Source: Octopus sinensis (Eukaryota). From it: 64,000 nt of DNA. The position numbers and the translations under genes were made by a program. The notes beneath the pieces were generated by a model. It made no database searches, had not been told where the DNA came from, and was given only the letters and a program-made list of their open reading frames with translations. The stretch spans positions 11,470,001 to 11,534,000 of the forward strand of contig NC_042997.1 of NCBI RefSeq assembly GCF_006345805.1. The letters run 5' to 3'. Each line of letters opens with the position of its first letter. Position 1 is the stretch's first letter. This document shows positions 40,961 to 53,111 of the stretch, one piece after another.

Positions 40961-41190
40961 GGCAGCGTGCTGGCAGAAACGTTAGCACGCCGGGCGAAAT
41001 GCGTAGACGTATTTCGTCTGCCGTTTCGTTTTGAGTTCAAATTCCGCCGAGGTTGACTTTGCCTTTCATCCTTTCGGGTTCGATTAAATAAGTACCATTT
41101 ACGCACTGGGGTCGATATAATCAAACTAATCCGTTTTTCTGTCCTTGTTTGTCCCCTCTATGTGTAGCCCTTTGTGGGCAGTAAAGAAAT
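40961..41190 (+). mobile_element. SINE family A with ~16-bp TSD
   Basis: atagttaaatttgcca at 40931-40946 and 41189-41204. Confidence 0.88.
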
Positions 41191-41501
41191 AGTTAAATTT
41201 GCCATTTTTGTATTTTTACTACGTAGGTTTACACAAATATATGTATGTGTGTGTGTGTGTGTCCGAACATGCCTGCAAATAGTCATACTGTTACAAATAA
41301 TTTTATATACTCCCGGATCGGTTTCCCCTGCTTACAGTACGTATTCTTACAAGACAGGTTTTGTCATCTTCAGTACCACAGAGCACGTAAATATATATGT
41401 GCCTACATTTTGAGCGTAAATATGTTTCATATTTAATTTCTTTTGAAATAATATTGATTGTAGTTGTGTAGTGTTTATTCATTTATGTGTATTTGCGTGT
41501 T

Positions 41502-41600
<99 letters not shown>

Positions 41601-41688
41601 ATGTATGTATGTATGTATGTATGTATGTGATTAAGTGAGTTAAAAGAAAGAATGCATTTGTGAGTGAATATCCGTGGTGGGATTGAAG

Positions 41689-42115
41689 GTGGTGAGCTGG
41701 CAGAAACGTTAGCATACCGGGCGAACTGCTTAGCAGTATTTCGTCTGTCTTTTTGTTCTGAGTTCAAATTCCGCCGAGGTCGACTTTGCCTTTCATCCTT
41801 TCGAGGTCGATAAATTAAGTACCAGTTACGCACTGGGGTCGATGTAATAATACGTTTGTCTGTCCTTGTTTGTCCTCTCTATATTTATCCCCTTGTGGGC
41901 AATAAAGAAATAAGAAACGTTAGCACGCCGGGCGAAATGCTTAGCAGAATTTCGTCTGTCTTTACGTTCTGAGTTCAAATTCCGTCGAGGTCGACTTTGT
42001 CTTTCATCCATCTGGAGTCGATAAATTAAGTACCAGTTGCATACTGGGGTCGATCTAATTGACTGGGCCCCCTCCTTAAAAATTTCGAGCCTTGTGCCTA
42101 GAGTAGAAAAGAATA
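41689..42115 (+). mobile_element. Head-to-tail SINE dimer (family A + A')
   Basis: The A tail aaagaaata joins agaaacgttagc at 41912/41913; the second unit ends with the A' tail ttgtgcctagagtagaaaagaata. Confidence 0.85.
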
Positions 42116-43070
42116 TTCGTGGTGGGATTTAAACTTGGACATCATTGATAAAAGATTTAAATTTCTTGCATGAGCGCAAGAACAGGAATTTCTTGTCCGG
42201 CACATATTTTATCAGCCACCGGTCAAAAAAATGAGAGACAAAGGTGACCTTGCCGGGATTTGAACTCATAAGATATAACATATAATAAATGATAATGATG
42301 AACACGACGACCACAAAGGAAACTAAAGGAAAGAAATATTTCATTTGTACAGAAACTGAAGAATACAAAAGAATGAAATAGAACTCCTTTCTTATGTTGT
42401 TGATATCGGCTTTATTTCTAGATCTCCAGTCTCAAGTAGTTTAACCTGACACTTTCATTGCCAGTCAATGCATACGTGTAGCTTTAATGCCTTCAGATTG
42501 TAAGACTTCAAAAGATAATCCTGTAGAGTATTGTACGTAGATATCCACTATTAACCAGAAGGTCAATTGGCAATATCGTTGGCTTCATACCACGCTGAGC
42601 TCCCTCAGAAAATTTCATTGTTCGCCTGATGCTATCTTTCTATTTCTATTCGCATTTCTTTCTTTCCATATATATACGTGTGTATCTTTATTTCTACTTA
42701 TTTCATTTCTGAGATGAAATGTATTGAAATCTGTTGACCTCTGTAGGTAAATATTGATTTTTTTTTTCGGACTAGGCACAAGGTCAATTTATGTAGGAGA
42801 GACTGCAGTGTCTATATAGCAAACGAACATTCGACCAAACCACAGTATGTTTATTCGTAGCAGTTATTTTCAGAGAGATAGAATGCTACCAGACAGATAA
42901 AAAGCCAAGTCATCTCTAGTGAAAAAAGAGAACCCAAAATATAGAAGGACAAAATACATAAACTGATAGGCGCAGGCGTGACTCTGTAGTATGAAGCATG
43001 CTTCTTTACCACATGGTTCCGGGTTCAGTCCTACTGCGCGTCAATTTGGACAAGTATTTTCTACTATGAA

Positions 43071-43356
43071 AGGCAAAATCGACCATGGCGGAATTTGAAC
43101 TACGAACGTAAAGACAGACGAAATGTTACTAAGCATTTTGTTCGACGTGCTAACGATTCTTATTTCTTTATTTCCCACAAGGGGCTAAACAAGGACAGAC
43201 AAAGGGATTCAGTCGATTACATCGACCCCAGTGCGTAACTGGTACTTAATTTATCGACCACGAAAGGATGAAAGGCAAAATCGACCTCGGCGAAATTTGA
43301 ACTCAGAACGTAATATTTCGCCCGGCGTGCTAACGTTTCTGCAAGCTCGCTGCCTT
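43071..43356 (-). mobile_element. SINE family A joined to a partial second SINE head
   Basis: Minus-strand junction aaagaaata|agaatcgttagc at 43161/43160. Confidence 0.8.
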
Positions 43357-43404
43357 GAATTAACATGTATATCGAGGCATTACTGTATTCATATTTGAAT
43401 TAGA

Positions 43405-43990
43405 AAGGCAACGAGCAGGCAGAAACGTTAGCACGCCGGGCGAGTTCAAATTCCACCGAGGTAAACTTTGCCTTTCATCCTTTCGAGGTCGATAAATTAA
43501 GTACCAGTTACGCACTAGGGTTGATGTAATCAACTTAATTCCTTTATCTGTCCTTGTTTGTTCCCTCTATGTGTTGCCCCTTGTGGGCAATAAAGAAATA
43601 AGAAACGTTAGCACGCCGGGCGAAATGCTTAGCAGTATTTCGTCTGCCGTTACATTCTGAGTTCAAATTCCACCGAGGTCGACTTTGCCTTTTATCCTTT
43701 CGGGGTCGATTAAATAAGTACAAGTTACGGACTGGGGTCGATATAATCGACTTAATCCGTTTGTCTGTCCTTGTTTGTCGCTTCTGTGTTTAGCCCCTTA
43801 TAGGTAGTAAAGAAATAGGTATTTCGTCTGTCTTACGTTCTGAGTTCAAATTCCGCCGAGGTCGACTTTGCCTTTCAGCATTTCGGGGTCGATAAATTAA
43901 GTACCAGTTGCGTACTGAGGTCGATCTAATCGACTAGACCCCACCTCCCCCAAAATTTCGGGCCTTATGCCTAAAGTAGAAAAGAATATT
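43405..43990 (+). mobile_element. Head-to-tail SINE trimer (A + A + A')
   Basis: Junctions at 43600/43601 (|agaaacgttagc) and 43817/43818 (|ggtatttcgtctg). Confidence 0.85.
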
Positions 43991-45405
43991 TAAACAAAAA
44001 GTAAAATGGCGAGCTGGTAGAATCATTAATACGTTGGACAAAATGTTTAGTGGCGTTTCTTCCTGCTTTACGTTCTGAGTTCAACTTGATCTTTCGGTGA
44101 TCGATAAAATACAGTACCAGTTGAGCACTGGGATTAGTGTAATCAACTACTCTCTTCCGTCAAATTTCAGGCCTTGTGCCTAAAATAGAAAGAAAGGTAT
44201 ATATGAACCCGAGTACATAAAGTTGTCGAAATATTCATTATTTTGTCAGTTTCTACTAATCACAACAATAGGCTGAACCTCTGTTTAATCGAACAAGAGT
44301 CCAATAAAACAGTTGTGTCGAACCTGGACACCAGACAATAGGCCTTGTGGTATTTAGTTCCGATTTTTTGCGTTCTGATTTCAAACGCTGCCTAGGTCTA
44401 CTTTGCATTTCATTCCACGAAGTCGATAAATTAAATTAACTATCAGGTCAGTGATGCGGTGGTGAAACGGTTGAGAATCTGCAATGGATCTTTTTAGAGC
44501 TATTTTCGATTTAAGAGTGGATGATAATGTATTCACTAACAACCACAGAATTCCGCCCTGTAAGGGGCAACGACACCAGGTAAATTTAAGCTTGGATGAT
44601 AGTAATATATCTTTCTTATCGACATAAACAGACATACATGCTTTCTCTCTCACACGCACACACAATACAAACGGTCCTTCAAATTAGAAAAACAGATATC
44701 TCAGTATGTATTTGACATTGTGGATCGTCTGTTACTGTGTCCGGTGCAAGTCGTAAAAGGAAGAGGAGGAGGGAGAGAAAGGGAAGAAAGAAAAGGAAGA
44801 GAAGGAGAAAGCGAACGAGAAGGAGACAAGGAGGAAGAGAAGAAGATGATGAAGATGATGAAGAAGGTTATATTTAGTTACTTATTCGGTTACGGTAACG
44901 GGTAATGCAAATGGAGAATGGAATGTTTAAAGGATAGACTTAAGGCCTACCGTTTAAGCAAGCTGCAACTCGCGTGCATTTCTAAATACACCCTGAATAA
45001 TTGCGTATATAGAAAGAGGTAACTTTTATGCAATACATTTGATTCGTCCGTGTATTCTTCATCTTGACTAGCTTTGTCATAATAGTGCATAAGAAGATCA
45101 ACAGACTAGCATCTGTTGTTAGCACTTGTCACAAATGAAACCATTAAGAAATGATAAACGACATTTTCTGAATTACCAGCGCCAAAAGCAGAGAAGATAT
45201 TGTCTGTTTGTGCTTAGTGTATAGTTAACAAGCGACTAATCTCCTCTGCATTCATGCCTGCCTGCTTGCCTGCCTGCCTGTCTGCCAGTCTGTCATATTT
45301 TCCACCCACTTCGCTATCTACGTACCTCTACATCTGCCTGTTTCTTCACCTAATATCTCTCTGTCTCTTTACATCTTTACCTTCATGCTTACCCGTCTCC
45401 CAATA

Positions 45406-46190
45406 CGAGGCGGTACCCAAAAGAAACTGGAATTTTGCAATATTATTTCATTCACATGTTTACACTTTTATCACCTTCAAAAGAATTCTCCATTTGAAGC
45501 AATGCATCGGTCCAGACGCGTTTTCCACCATTGGAAGCAGTGCTGAAACTCTTGCGAATTGATGCTTTTTTAATACTTCCGTGGTTTTTTTTTCTTCACC
45601 TCTTCCACATCTGCAAATTCCGTAGCACCAGCTTTCGTTTGATCTTCTTCGAGCGAGCGAAACACAGATTTTGCTGCAAGTCTTTTCATTCGCAATTCCT
45701 CGCTCAAAATTCGTTGGCAGGAATTCCAGGACACACCAATCATATTAACGAGTTCGTCAATTGTTCGGCGACGATACTCCAAAATCAGTTCATGAACTTT
45801 TATGATGTTTTCATTCGTTCGGGAGGTTGACGGTCGCCCTGAACGAGTTTGTTCGTCAAGCGATAAGTGACCATTCCTAAAGCGTGGAAACCACTCGTAA
45901 ACTTGTATTTTGCTCATGACAGCGTCCTTATAAGCTACCGAAGCCGCCGTTTTCCCCAGTAGGTAACAGAATTTCACGGAAGCACGCGGTTCCTTCTTTT
46001 CAGTCATCGCAAAAATCGACGAACAGGGGTGAAACACTGCAAAACACACCACGGGGCAGTACGACTGCACTCGACAACGCCGTTCGGCAGACTGGTGCCT
46101 GAGTGTGGCATGAAATGGCTTCTAGCAGCGGAAGCCTGAACTGGCTTGTCCCACAGAAAACGTTTCCGGTTACTTTTGGATACCCCCTCG
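45406..46190 (-). mobile_element. Internally deleted mariner transposon (irritans/Hsmar2-like TIRs)
   Basis: TA TSDs (45404-45405, 46191-46192); TIRs cgaggcggtacccaaaag / cttttggataccccctcg; N-terminal HTH (KFCYLLGKT..VYEWFPRF..RSGRP) joined to a C-terminal remnant (CFQWWKTRLDRCIASNG); the DD34D core is missing. Confidence 0.9.
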
Positions 46191-46344
46191 TATGCATACG
46201 CACCTACCTACCTACCTACCTCCTACCTACCTACCTACCTACTTCCTACCTACCTACCTACCTACCTACCTACCTACTTCCTACCTACCTACCTACCTAC
46301 CTACATATATGCGTGTATGCGTGCATACATGCATACATACATGG

Positions 46345-46850
46345 TGGCTGCCCCTTCGTTATCGAGTATGGCCATTGCACGAAGCTTAATCAATGTTGTT
46401 ATCGTGCAATGCCTGTGCAAGATTTTTTTTAAAGTGAGGAAAGGCTGTGCACTGAGTCAATCCCACTCACTAAGCAACAGCAGCCATAATCCGAAAAGAA
46501 GAACAAGTCAACATCATCGGTAACAACTGAGCCGCAGGTTTTATATCGGAGTTATCCCAGTTACCTGAGTTACCTTCTCTTAGAAGGATGCTCTAACAAA
46601 GGCTAGGAGTCCTTCACTCCCAATGGTTTAACCGCGCGATCGGGTATTCAGTCCGATTATTTCTATGTCCCCGCGCATGATACAGCCTTAAGACCTTTAT
46701 TGGATGGCCGTTGACTCTCAAGAGTTCCTCCGCCCTTTGACAGGTTTTGTTTTTCATCCCACAGGGTGTCCAATAAACACCCTCCTCACCAAGTAAGCTT
46801 GGTGGGGTTGCCGGTTTAGTCGCCGACGACCCGACCATGTAACATACATA
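46345..46850 (-). mobile_element. Probable non-autonomous element resembling an RTE-type 5' UTR, flanked by (CATA)n
   Basis: GC-richer block between (CATA)n tracts; the motif ...ctaagagaaggtaactc... resembles RTE 5' UTR motifs (from memory); no ORF. Confidence 0.35.
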
Positions 46851-47102
46851 CATACATACATACAAATTTGCACATACATCCATTCAATCATACATACATA
46901 CATACAAACAAAAATATCCTGTTGTTGATTTTGAAATTTCCTATGAAGGAGCCTTGGATCTAGGTTAGAAACCGATTCTTTCTCTATTGGTAAGAAATCT
47001 TGAAATAAACTGAATAATGACATACATACATACATACATACATACGTACATACATACATACATACATACATACATACATACAGATATCCAGACAGACAAA
47101 CA

Positions 47103-47155
<53 letters not shown>

Positions 47156-48299
47156 GCGTAGGAATTTGTATGCTGCATCGATGTGGGATGTAGCGTATAC
47201 TTGGCAGGAAAGACCGTTAAATGAATTTACAGTGAATTCTATCTCCAACGCCACAACTATCAGCCAAGTCAAATAACTGGCTATGCTGATTACATTCATG
47301 GAAGAAAAACTTTTGTTGTTTGACATCGTAGAGGCATTTGTCTCAAGCGTTGAGTTCGCTATGCTGAGATTCATTAGAAACAACACGGCTGAGATCAATA
47401 ACATCAACAATATCAGAGAAGAACCGAAGAAAAACAACTTTCATATAAAAGTTAAGCAGAATCTTATTAGTTGTGAAACTATAGAAGTAAGTGAAACTAT
47501 AAAGTATATTTTTCTGTAAGTTATGAAATCAATAATGATTTCTGTAAGTGGTATAACATAGCAGAAAGATTCCTCTGTTGTGCGGAATGAAAATATACCG
47601 GGAAAAACTTCGCCCGGAACTAAATCCGTAACGAAAGAATTGTTCCTACAAGCAGCATTTGTTGATGCACGCGATGTCTGGTTGATTGCAGTTCTATTCT
47701 CGAAGGTGTGAATCGTGCATAAATGACAATAAAAGAACCCAATCCGTGGAGACACATGCCGATACGAAATGTGACAACAAACCAGTCTCTGACTGTTAAT
47801 ACGTTGCCTCGGAGTATGATGTATCGTTTATATCTAGCTGTTACTGACCAACGTATCAATCACAATAAGTGCATTAGGAGCAGAGAATGCAAAATTCTAT
47901 AAATAATTGAAATGTACCTTAATGAAATATTTGTATATATGCCCTCACTACAAGACAGATCCCATTTGACTAATAGTGATAAGGGACGCACTGAGTGGTA
48001 AAAGCTGTGCATATTTACAATTGAATATTGTCCATTGATTGTAGCAAACCAATAAATGCCTATTTATAAGCCTCTCCACAAGTGGTTTCCTTAAGGTAAT
48101 ATGAAGTAAACAAATCAGACAAGAAATGCTGTTACAGGTCTGCGAAATGTAAAAAATAGCAATGATTCATAAAAACGTATCAAGGTTCTTCTTCGTACCA
48201 TCGATTGTCTGTGTCAGGTTAATGGTTCTGCATTTAAGCGAGCAAATTACATGTCCTTCACGCCTCCTCAACAAAAAGGATAAGAAATTTACTGCATGT

Positions 48300-49440
48300 A
48301 TAAATGACAATACAAGTTCTCCTTGAAATATACTTTGCGATATGTTATCCTACTAGCAACAAAAGTCACATGTATTCAATTTCAGGATGGTGCTCCAAGT
48401 TGAAATTGGTTCCTAATGTCACTGATTTTGGTCTCTGGAATTTTAGCAGTTCAAAGAAAAACGGAATCGAAGCTTGTCATCCTACTCGACTTAAATCAAG
48501 TTCTTTCAGTTCTGCCGCTTCTCTCACAGCATAGATTAGAATAGATTGCTGATTAGAAGTTGTTCAATATGTATCCATTTAACAACATCAACAAACCATC
48601 ATACATTATAGTGCATCCATGGATCAAGTGTACACACCTAAGATAAAAAAAAAATTACAGGAGTTTGAGAGGAGCTCCTCGGAAAGTAATACGCACAAAC
48701 AAAAAGTGCAGTGCTCCACCGCAATCAGACATTTGCTAAAAGACTTTGATACTTATCAGGCAGAAGCTAGAGTAGTTTATCTTAGATTAACAACTAACCT
48801 CGGATCCCATGTTTAAGGGTATGACTTGAAATCCAGGAGCAGGAAATAACAGCAAAATACCAAATGCACAAAAGGCATACGGATGACGGCAAAAGTAGGT
48901 GCAACAATCAATTGTGGAATTAACGATGAAAATGTAATCCGCCTCATAAGTAAGTGTTCGAAAACTTCATCGCGATCTTATCTGTCTATGATGCATGATA
49001 TGGGTCATAACAGCACACAATACGATGCGTAAAATGGATAAAGACTGACATTCAATAGTGTGGAAAGTATACATAGGATATGATTATGGTGGATTATTTC
49101 TGACAAAATCTTTGTGAAACATGCATAACAAAGCCAGACAGAAAAAAATGCAGAGTAGTAGACAAAGAGTTGCCAAGCAGACGTTAGCTTAATGTTAAAC
49201 GGTAAAGAAAACAGAAACCATCAATGCCGAACTAATAAAAAATCTGCAGATACTTTACCTGGGTTATTCCTTACATTTACACCTGTAATTACTGGAACAC
49301 TTGACTATGTAACAAATAATCATGTTAATCTGGGATTCAAAAAACTACACAAGGACAGGGCTAAGAAATTACAAGCCATTAATAAAACAGCGGATATATG
49401 TGAAATGTTTCAGATATTTATTCTGTAGTAGATATAAAAA
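48300..49440 (+). pseudogene. Highly degenerate REL-endonuclease LINE 3' region (family distinct from the Dong copies)
   Basis: Frame-shifted motifs CGINDENVIRLISKC...MHD (knuckle/RHD), SCQADV, LIKNLQILY and FTPVITGTL..KKLQAI..TADIC. Confidence 0.55.
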
Positions 49441-50186
49441 CATGTGGAGATAGTTATTTGGAGTACCTGTTGCATTTTCTTCTTTTGTCCTATTAAAGGT
49501 GTACTGTCATATGCCACGGGCTTTAAGATGGCTCTTAAGACTACGTGTTCTACTGCAAATCTCATGTTTTTGACAAGAAGCATATGTATAAGCCACATAG
49601 AATAATACAACACACATACACACATGCATAATTAGTACCTGTATGCATGTATACATTCGTACAATGCCCATGGTTAGCATCAAAATCATGATAAATCCAA
49701 AATACACGACTGACAAGTGTTCAGAAGAGAAGGAAGAAAAAAGAGAAACTGAACGAGGAGAATGTTTTATAGCCATGTATTTGGTAGATGTAAATTTTGA
49801 ATTTCTAAATGGCTGATCCGCAGTTTCGATAAGTTGTTTTCTACACATACCCTGAATATATATATCTCATGCAAAAAGCGATAACTTTTATGTAATACAT
49901 GATAATAACTCTGTAAGCGTATTTTCTCCTCTGGACTAGCTTTGTCATAACAGTGCATAAGATCAATATGCCACCATATCGTGTTAGCTCTTGTCACAAA
50001 CGGAACTATTAATAAATGATAAACGACATATTTATGAATTAAATGCGCTGAAGAATCGCTTGCTAACGGTAACAAAGGCCTTGCATGTTTGTATTTGTCA
50101 TGCAGTTAGCAAGAGACTAATTTCCTCCGCATTCAACTGTTTGCCCATCCATCTACCTTTCTTTATTGCTTCCAACATGAATGTAC

Positions 50187-50590
50187 ACATTCGTACACGA
50201 ATGTGTGGAAGCACTTCGTCGGTTACGAAGACGAGGGTTCCGTTTGATCCGAATCAACGGAACAGCCTGCTCGTGAAATTAACGTGTAAGTGGCTGAGCA
50301 CTCCACAGACACGTGTACCTTAACATAGTTCTCGGGGATATTCAGCGTGACACAGAGAGTGACAAGGCCGGCCCTTTGAAATACAGGTACAACAGAAACA
50401 GGAAGTAAGAGTGAGAGAAAGTTGTGGTGAAAGAGTACAGCTGGGATCACCACCATCCCCTGCCGGAGCCTCGTGGAGCTTTAGGTGCTTTCGCTCAATA
50501 AACACTCACAACGCCCGGTCTGGGAATCGAAACCGCGATCCTATGACCGCGAGTCCGCTGCCCTAACCACCGGGCCATTGTGCCTCCACT
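50187..50590 (-). mobile_element. SINE family C, full length with 13-bp TSD
   Basis: TSD aacatgaatgtac at 50174-50186 and 50592-50604. Confidence 0.88.
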
Positions 50591-51192
50591 AAACATGAAT
50601 GTACGAATTTATATACTGATATGCACGCGTACGTATGTATTTACATGTGTACGTACATACATTTATTCAAACACACATACAAACGCATCCACGTGTGTGT
50701 GTGTGTGTGTGCGAGTCATTTATATTTAAACGACGACGAATCCAATGAGAAACGCTCGAGAACACGTTGAGGATTAACTTGAGAGACTTCTAGTTCACAT
50801 GTTTGCTATTTGCAGAGTAAAGGATTTCCGTACAAAAATATTGATGTTGATGATGATGGAACATAGAAAATGATGAACTACATATAAATTAGTTGACAAA
50901 CAGGTAGAAGGAAAGTAGAGAGAAAGTTAGAAAGATAAATACAGAAAGATTGAAATAAAGTGTCTTGCTCAAGAACACAACACTCCAATACAACGACCTC
51001 GAACCCACAAGAGTAAACAAGAGAGAAAGAGAGACAGGCAGAAACAAGGAAAATGCCACTTGTATTTGAACACTATGCAAATATTCTTTTACAAAAACTT
51101 TTCTTTCAATTTTTCCAAAATTTAATTGTTTTCCATACTTACAGTTGAAAAAGTCTCAATGACTGAAACCGGTACTGAAATGACTTTTTTTA

Positions 51193-51232
<40 letters not shown>

Positions 51233-51234
<2 letters not shown>

Positions 51235-51563
51235 CCTTTCGGTCATGACTGACCATGGGATTGCACCTAGAAAGTTACCCTCCCAGGCACAAATCCGGGC
51301 AAGGTTGTTTATGGAAGGCCAGCAATCGCCCATGCATAGCGGCCTCCCCTCTCCACGTCACCAGTGTTATCCAAGAGAAAGGCAAAGGGGCCGATACAAC
51401 TTGGCACCTGTGACGTCGCACCTCATTTCTACAGCTGAGTGAACTGGAGCAACGTGAAATAAGGTGTCTTGCTCAAGAACACAACACGCAGTCAGGTCCG
51501 AGATTCGAACTCACAACCTCACGATCGTAAGCTCGACGCTCTAATCACTGAGCCATGCACCTT

Positions 51564-51566
<3 letters not shown>
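51233..51566 (-). mobile_element. SINE family E
   Basis: Near-identical to 17758-18099. Confidence 0.88.
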
Positions 51567-51599
<33 letters not shown>

Positions 51600-52454
51600 C
51601 TTACCTGCATGGTTCTCCGTCGGTTACGATGATGAGTGTTGCAGTTAATTCGTTTAATGGGACGGTCTACTCATGAAATTAACGTACCCTTAAAGTAGCT
51701 TTCGAGTATATTCTGCGTGTTACAGAGTGAGAAAGGCTGGCCGTTTGACTCACAGGTACAACTCATTTTTGTCAGCTGATTGGACTGGAGCAACGATGGG
51801 AAATAAAGTGTCTTGCTCAAGGACTCAATGTGTCCCTGGGAATCGATCACACAACCTTACGATCACGAGCCGAATACTTTAGCCACTAAGTCACACGCCT
51901 TCTCAAACTTACACACACATATAAATATCTGTATATGTGTGAGTGTGTGTTTATGTGTATGTGCGCGTGTGTAAATATACATTATACGTGCAGATGTGGA
52001 CATATGCATTTATCTGTGTGCATGCTTATGGGTATATATGGGAGACATGCATCTGAGAGTACGTCTGCACATGCGCGTGTACATGTGTGTGCGCGCGCGC
52101 ATTTGACTGAGTTTTCCACACACACCTCTAAAATAATTCTCACGTGGAATCAACAAGCCCGCCTGATGATTCTAGATCTTTGAAATTACAGGTGCATTCC
52201 ATACAACGGGTTTCTATGCTCTTCTCTCTCAACCCAAATTCTCTCACAGTACGACACACATCAATCCCAAGAGCCCACGCAGTGGGATGAAAGTTTTTGA
52301 GGGCATGTGATTAAATATGACTTCATTGCATTATATAGAAGCTGTGAAAACATACTCTTTGATAGAATCTCCATTCTAAACCAGTGATTTTCTCCGATAA
52401 TCTTGTACTCAATCTCAAAGGTAGATGAATCGATGTAAATAAATAAAAATAAAT

Positions 52455-52681
52455 GCGCCCTTTTAAAGCCTAGCCTGGCTCATGGGCCCGGTTTCCCGGT
52501 TTCTATGGCGTATGTGTTCTCCAGCTGGACGGATCGCCAGTCCATCGCAGCGTTACTCATTTTTGCCAGCTGAGTAGACTGGAGCAACGTGAAATGAAGT
52601 ATTTTGCTCAAGAACACAACACGTCGCCCGGTCCAAGAATCAAAACCACAATCTTACAATCATGATGCTGACACCCTAACC
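52455..52681 (-). mobile_element. SINE family F, body and tail (its 5' 22 nt lie at 58282-58303)
   Basis: Minus strand gtggtggcacgtggcttagtgg (58303-58282) continues as ggttagggtgtcagc (from 52681), rebuilding an A box; E-like core and B-like tail. Confidence 0.75.
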
Positions 52682-52865
52682 TATTTCTTTATTACCCACA
52701 AGGGGATAAACATAGAGGGGACAAACAAGGACAGACATAGGTATTAAGTCGATTACATCGACCCCAGTGCGTAACTGGTACTTAATTCATCGACCCCGAA
52801 AGGATGAAAAGCAAAGTCGACCTCGGCGGAATTTGAACTCAGCACGTAACGGCAGACGAAATACG
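52682..52865 (-). mobile_element. SINE family A, 3' portion (5' portion at 58217-58281), split by the Tx1 LINE
   Basis: The two halves join into one complete A copy across a duplicated cggcagacgaaatacg. Confidence 0.9.
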
Positions 52866-53111
52866 AATTTCTTTATTGCCCACCGGGGGCCAAACATAGA
52901 TATGGACAGTACAACTGATGGGATCAGTGAATCGATATGATTTTACATAAATGTGACATCAAAAATAAAATACAATACATAAAAATCGAATGGAATACAC
53001 AGTACAAAAACAATACAAATGAAGCGATGATCAAGTTACGCTCCGATCCCACAAGCCCCGATCTACCGCTGATACCTTTTTATTTTTCCTTTTTTTTTTT
53101 TCCTCGTCTAT

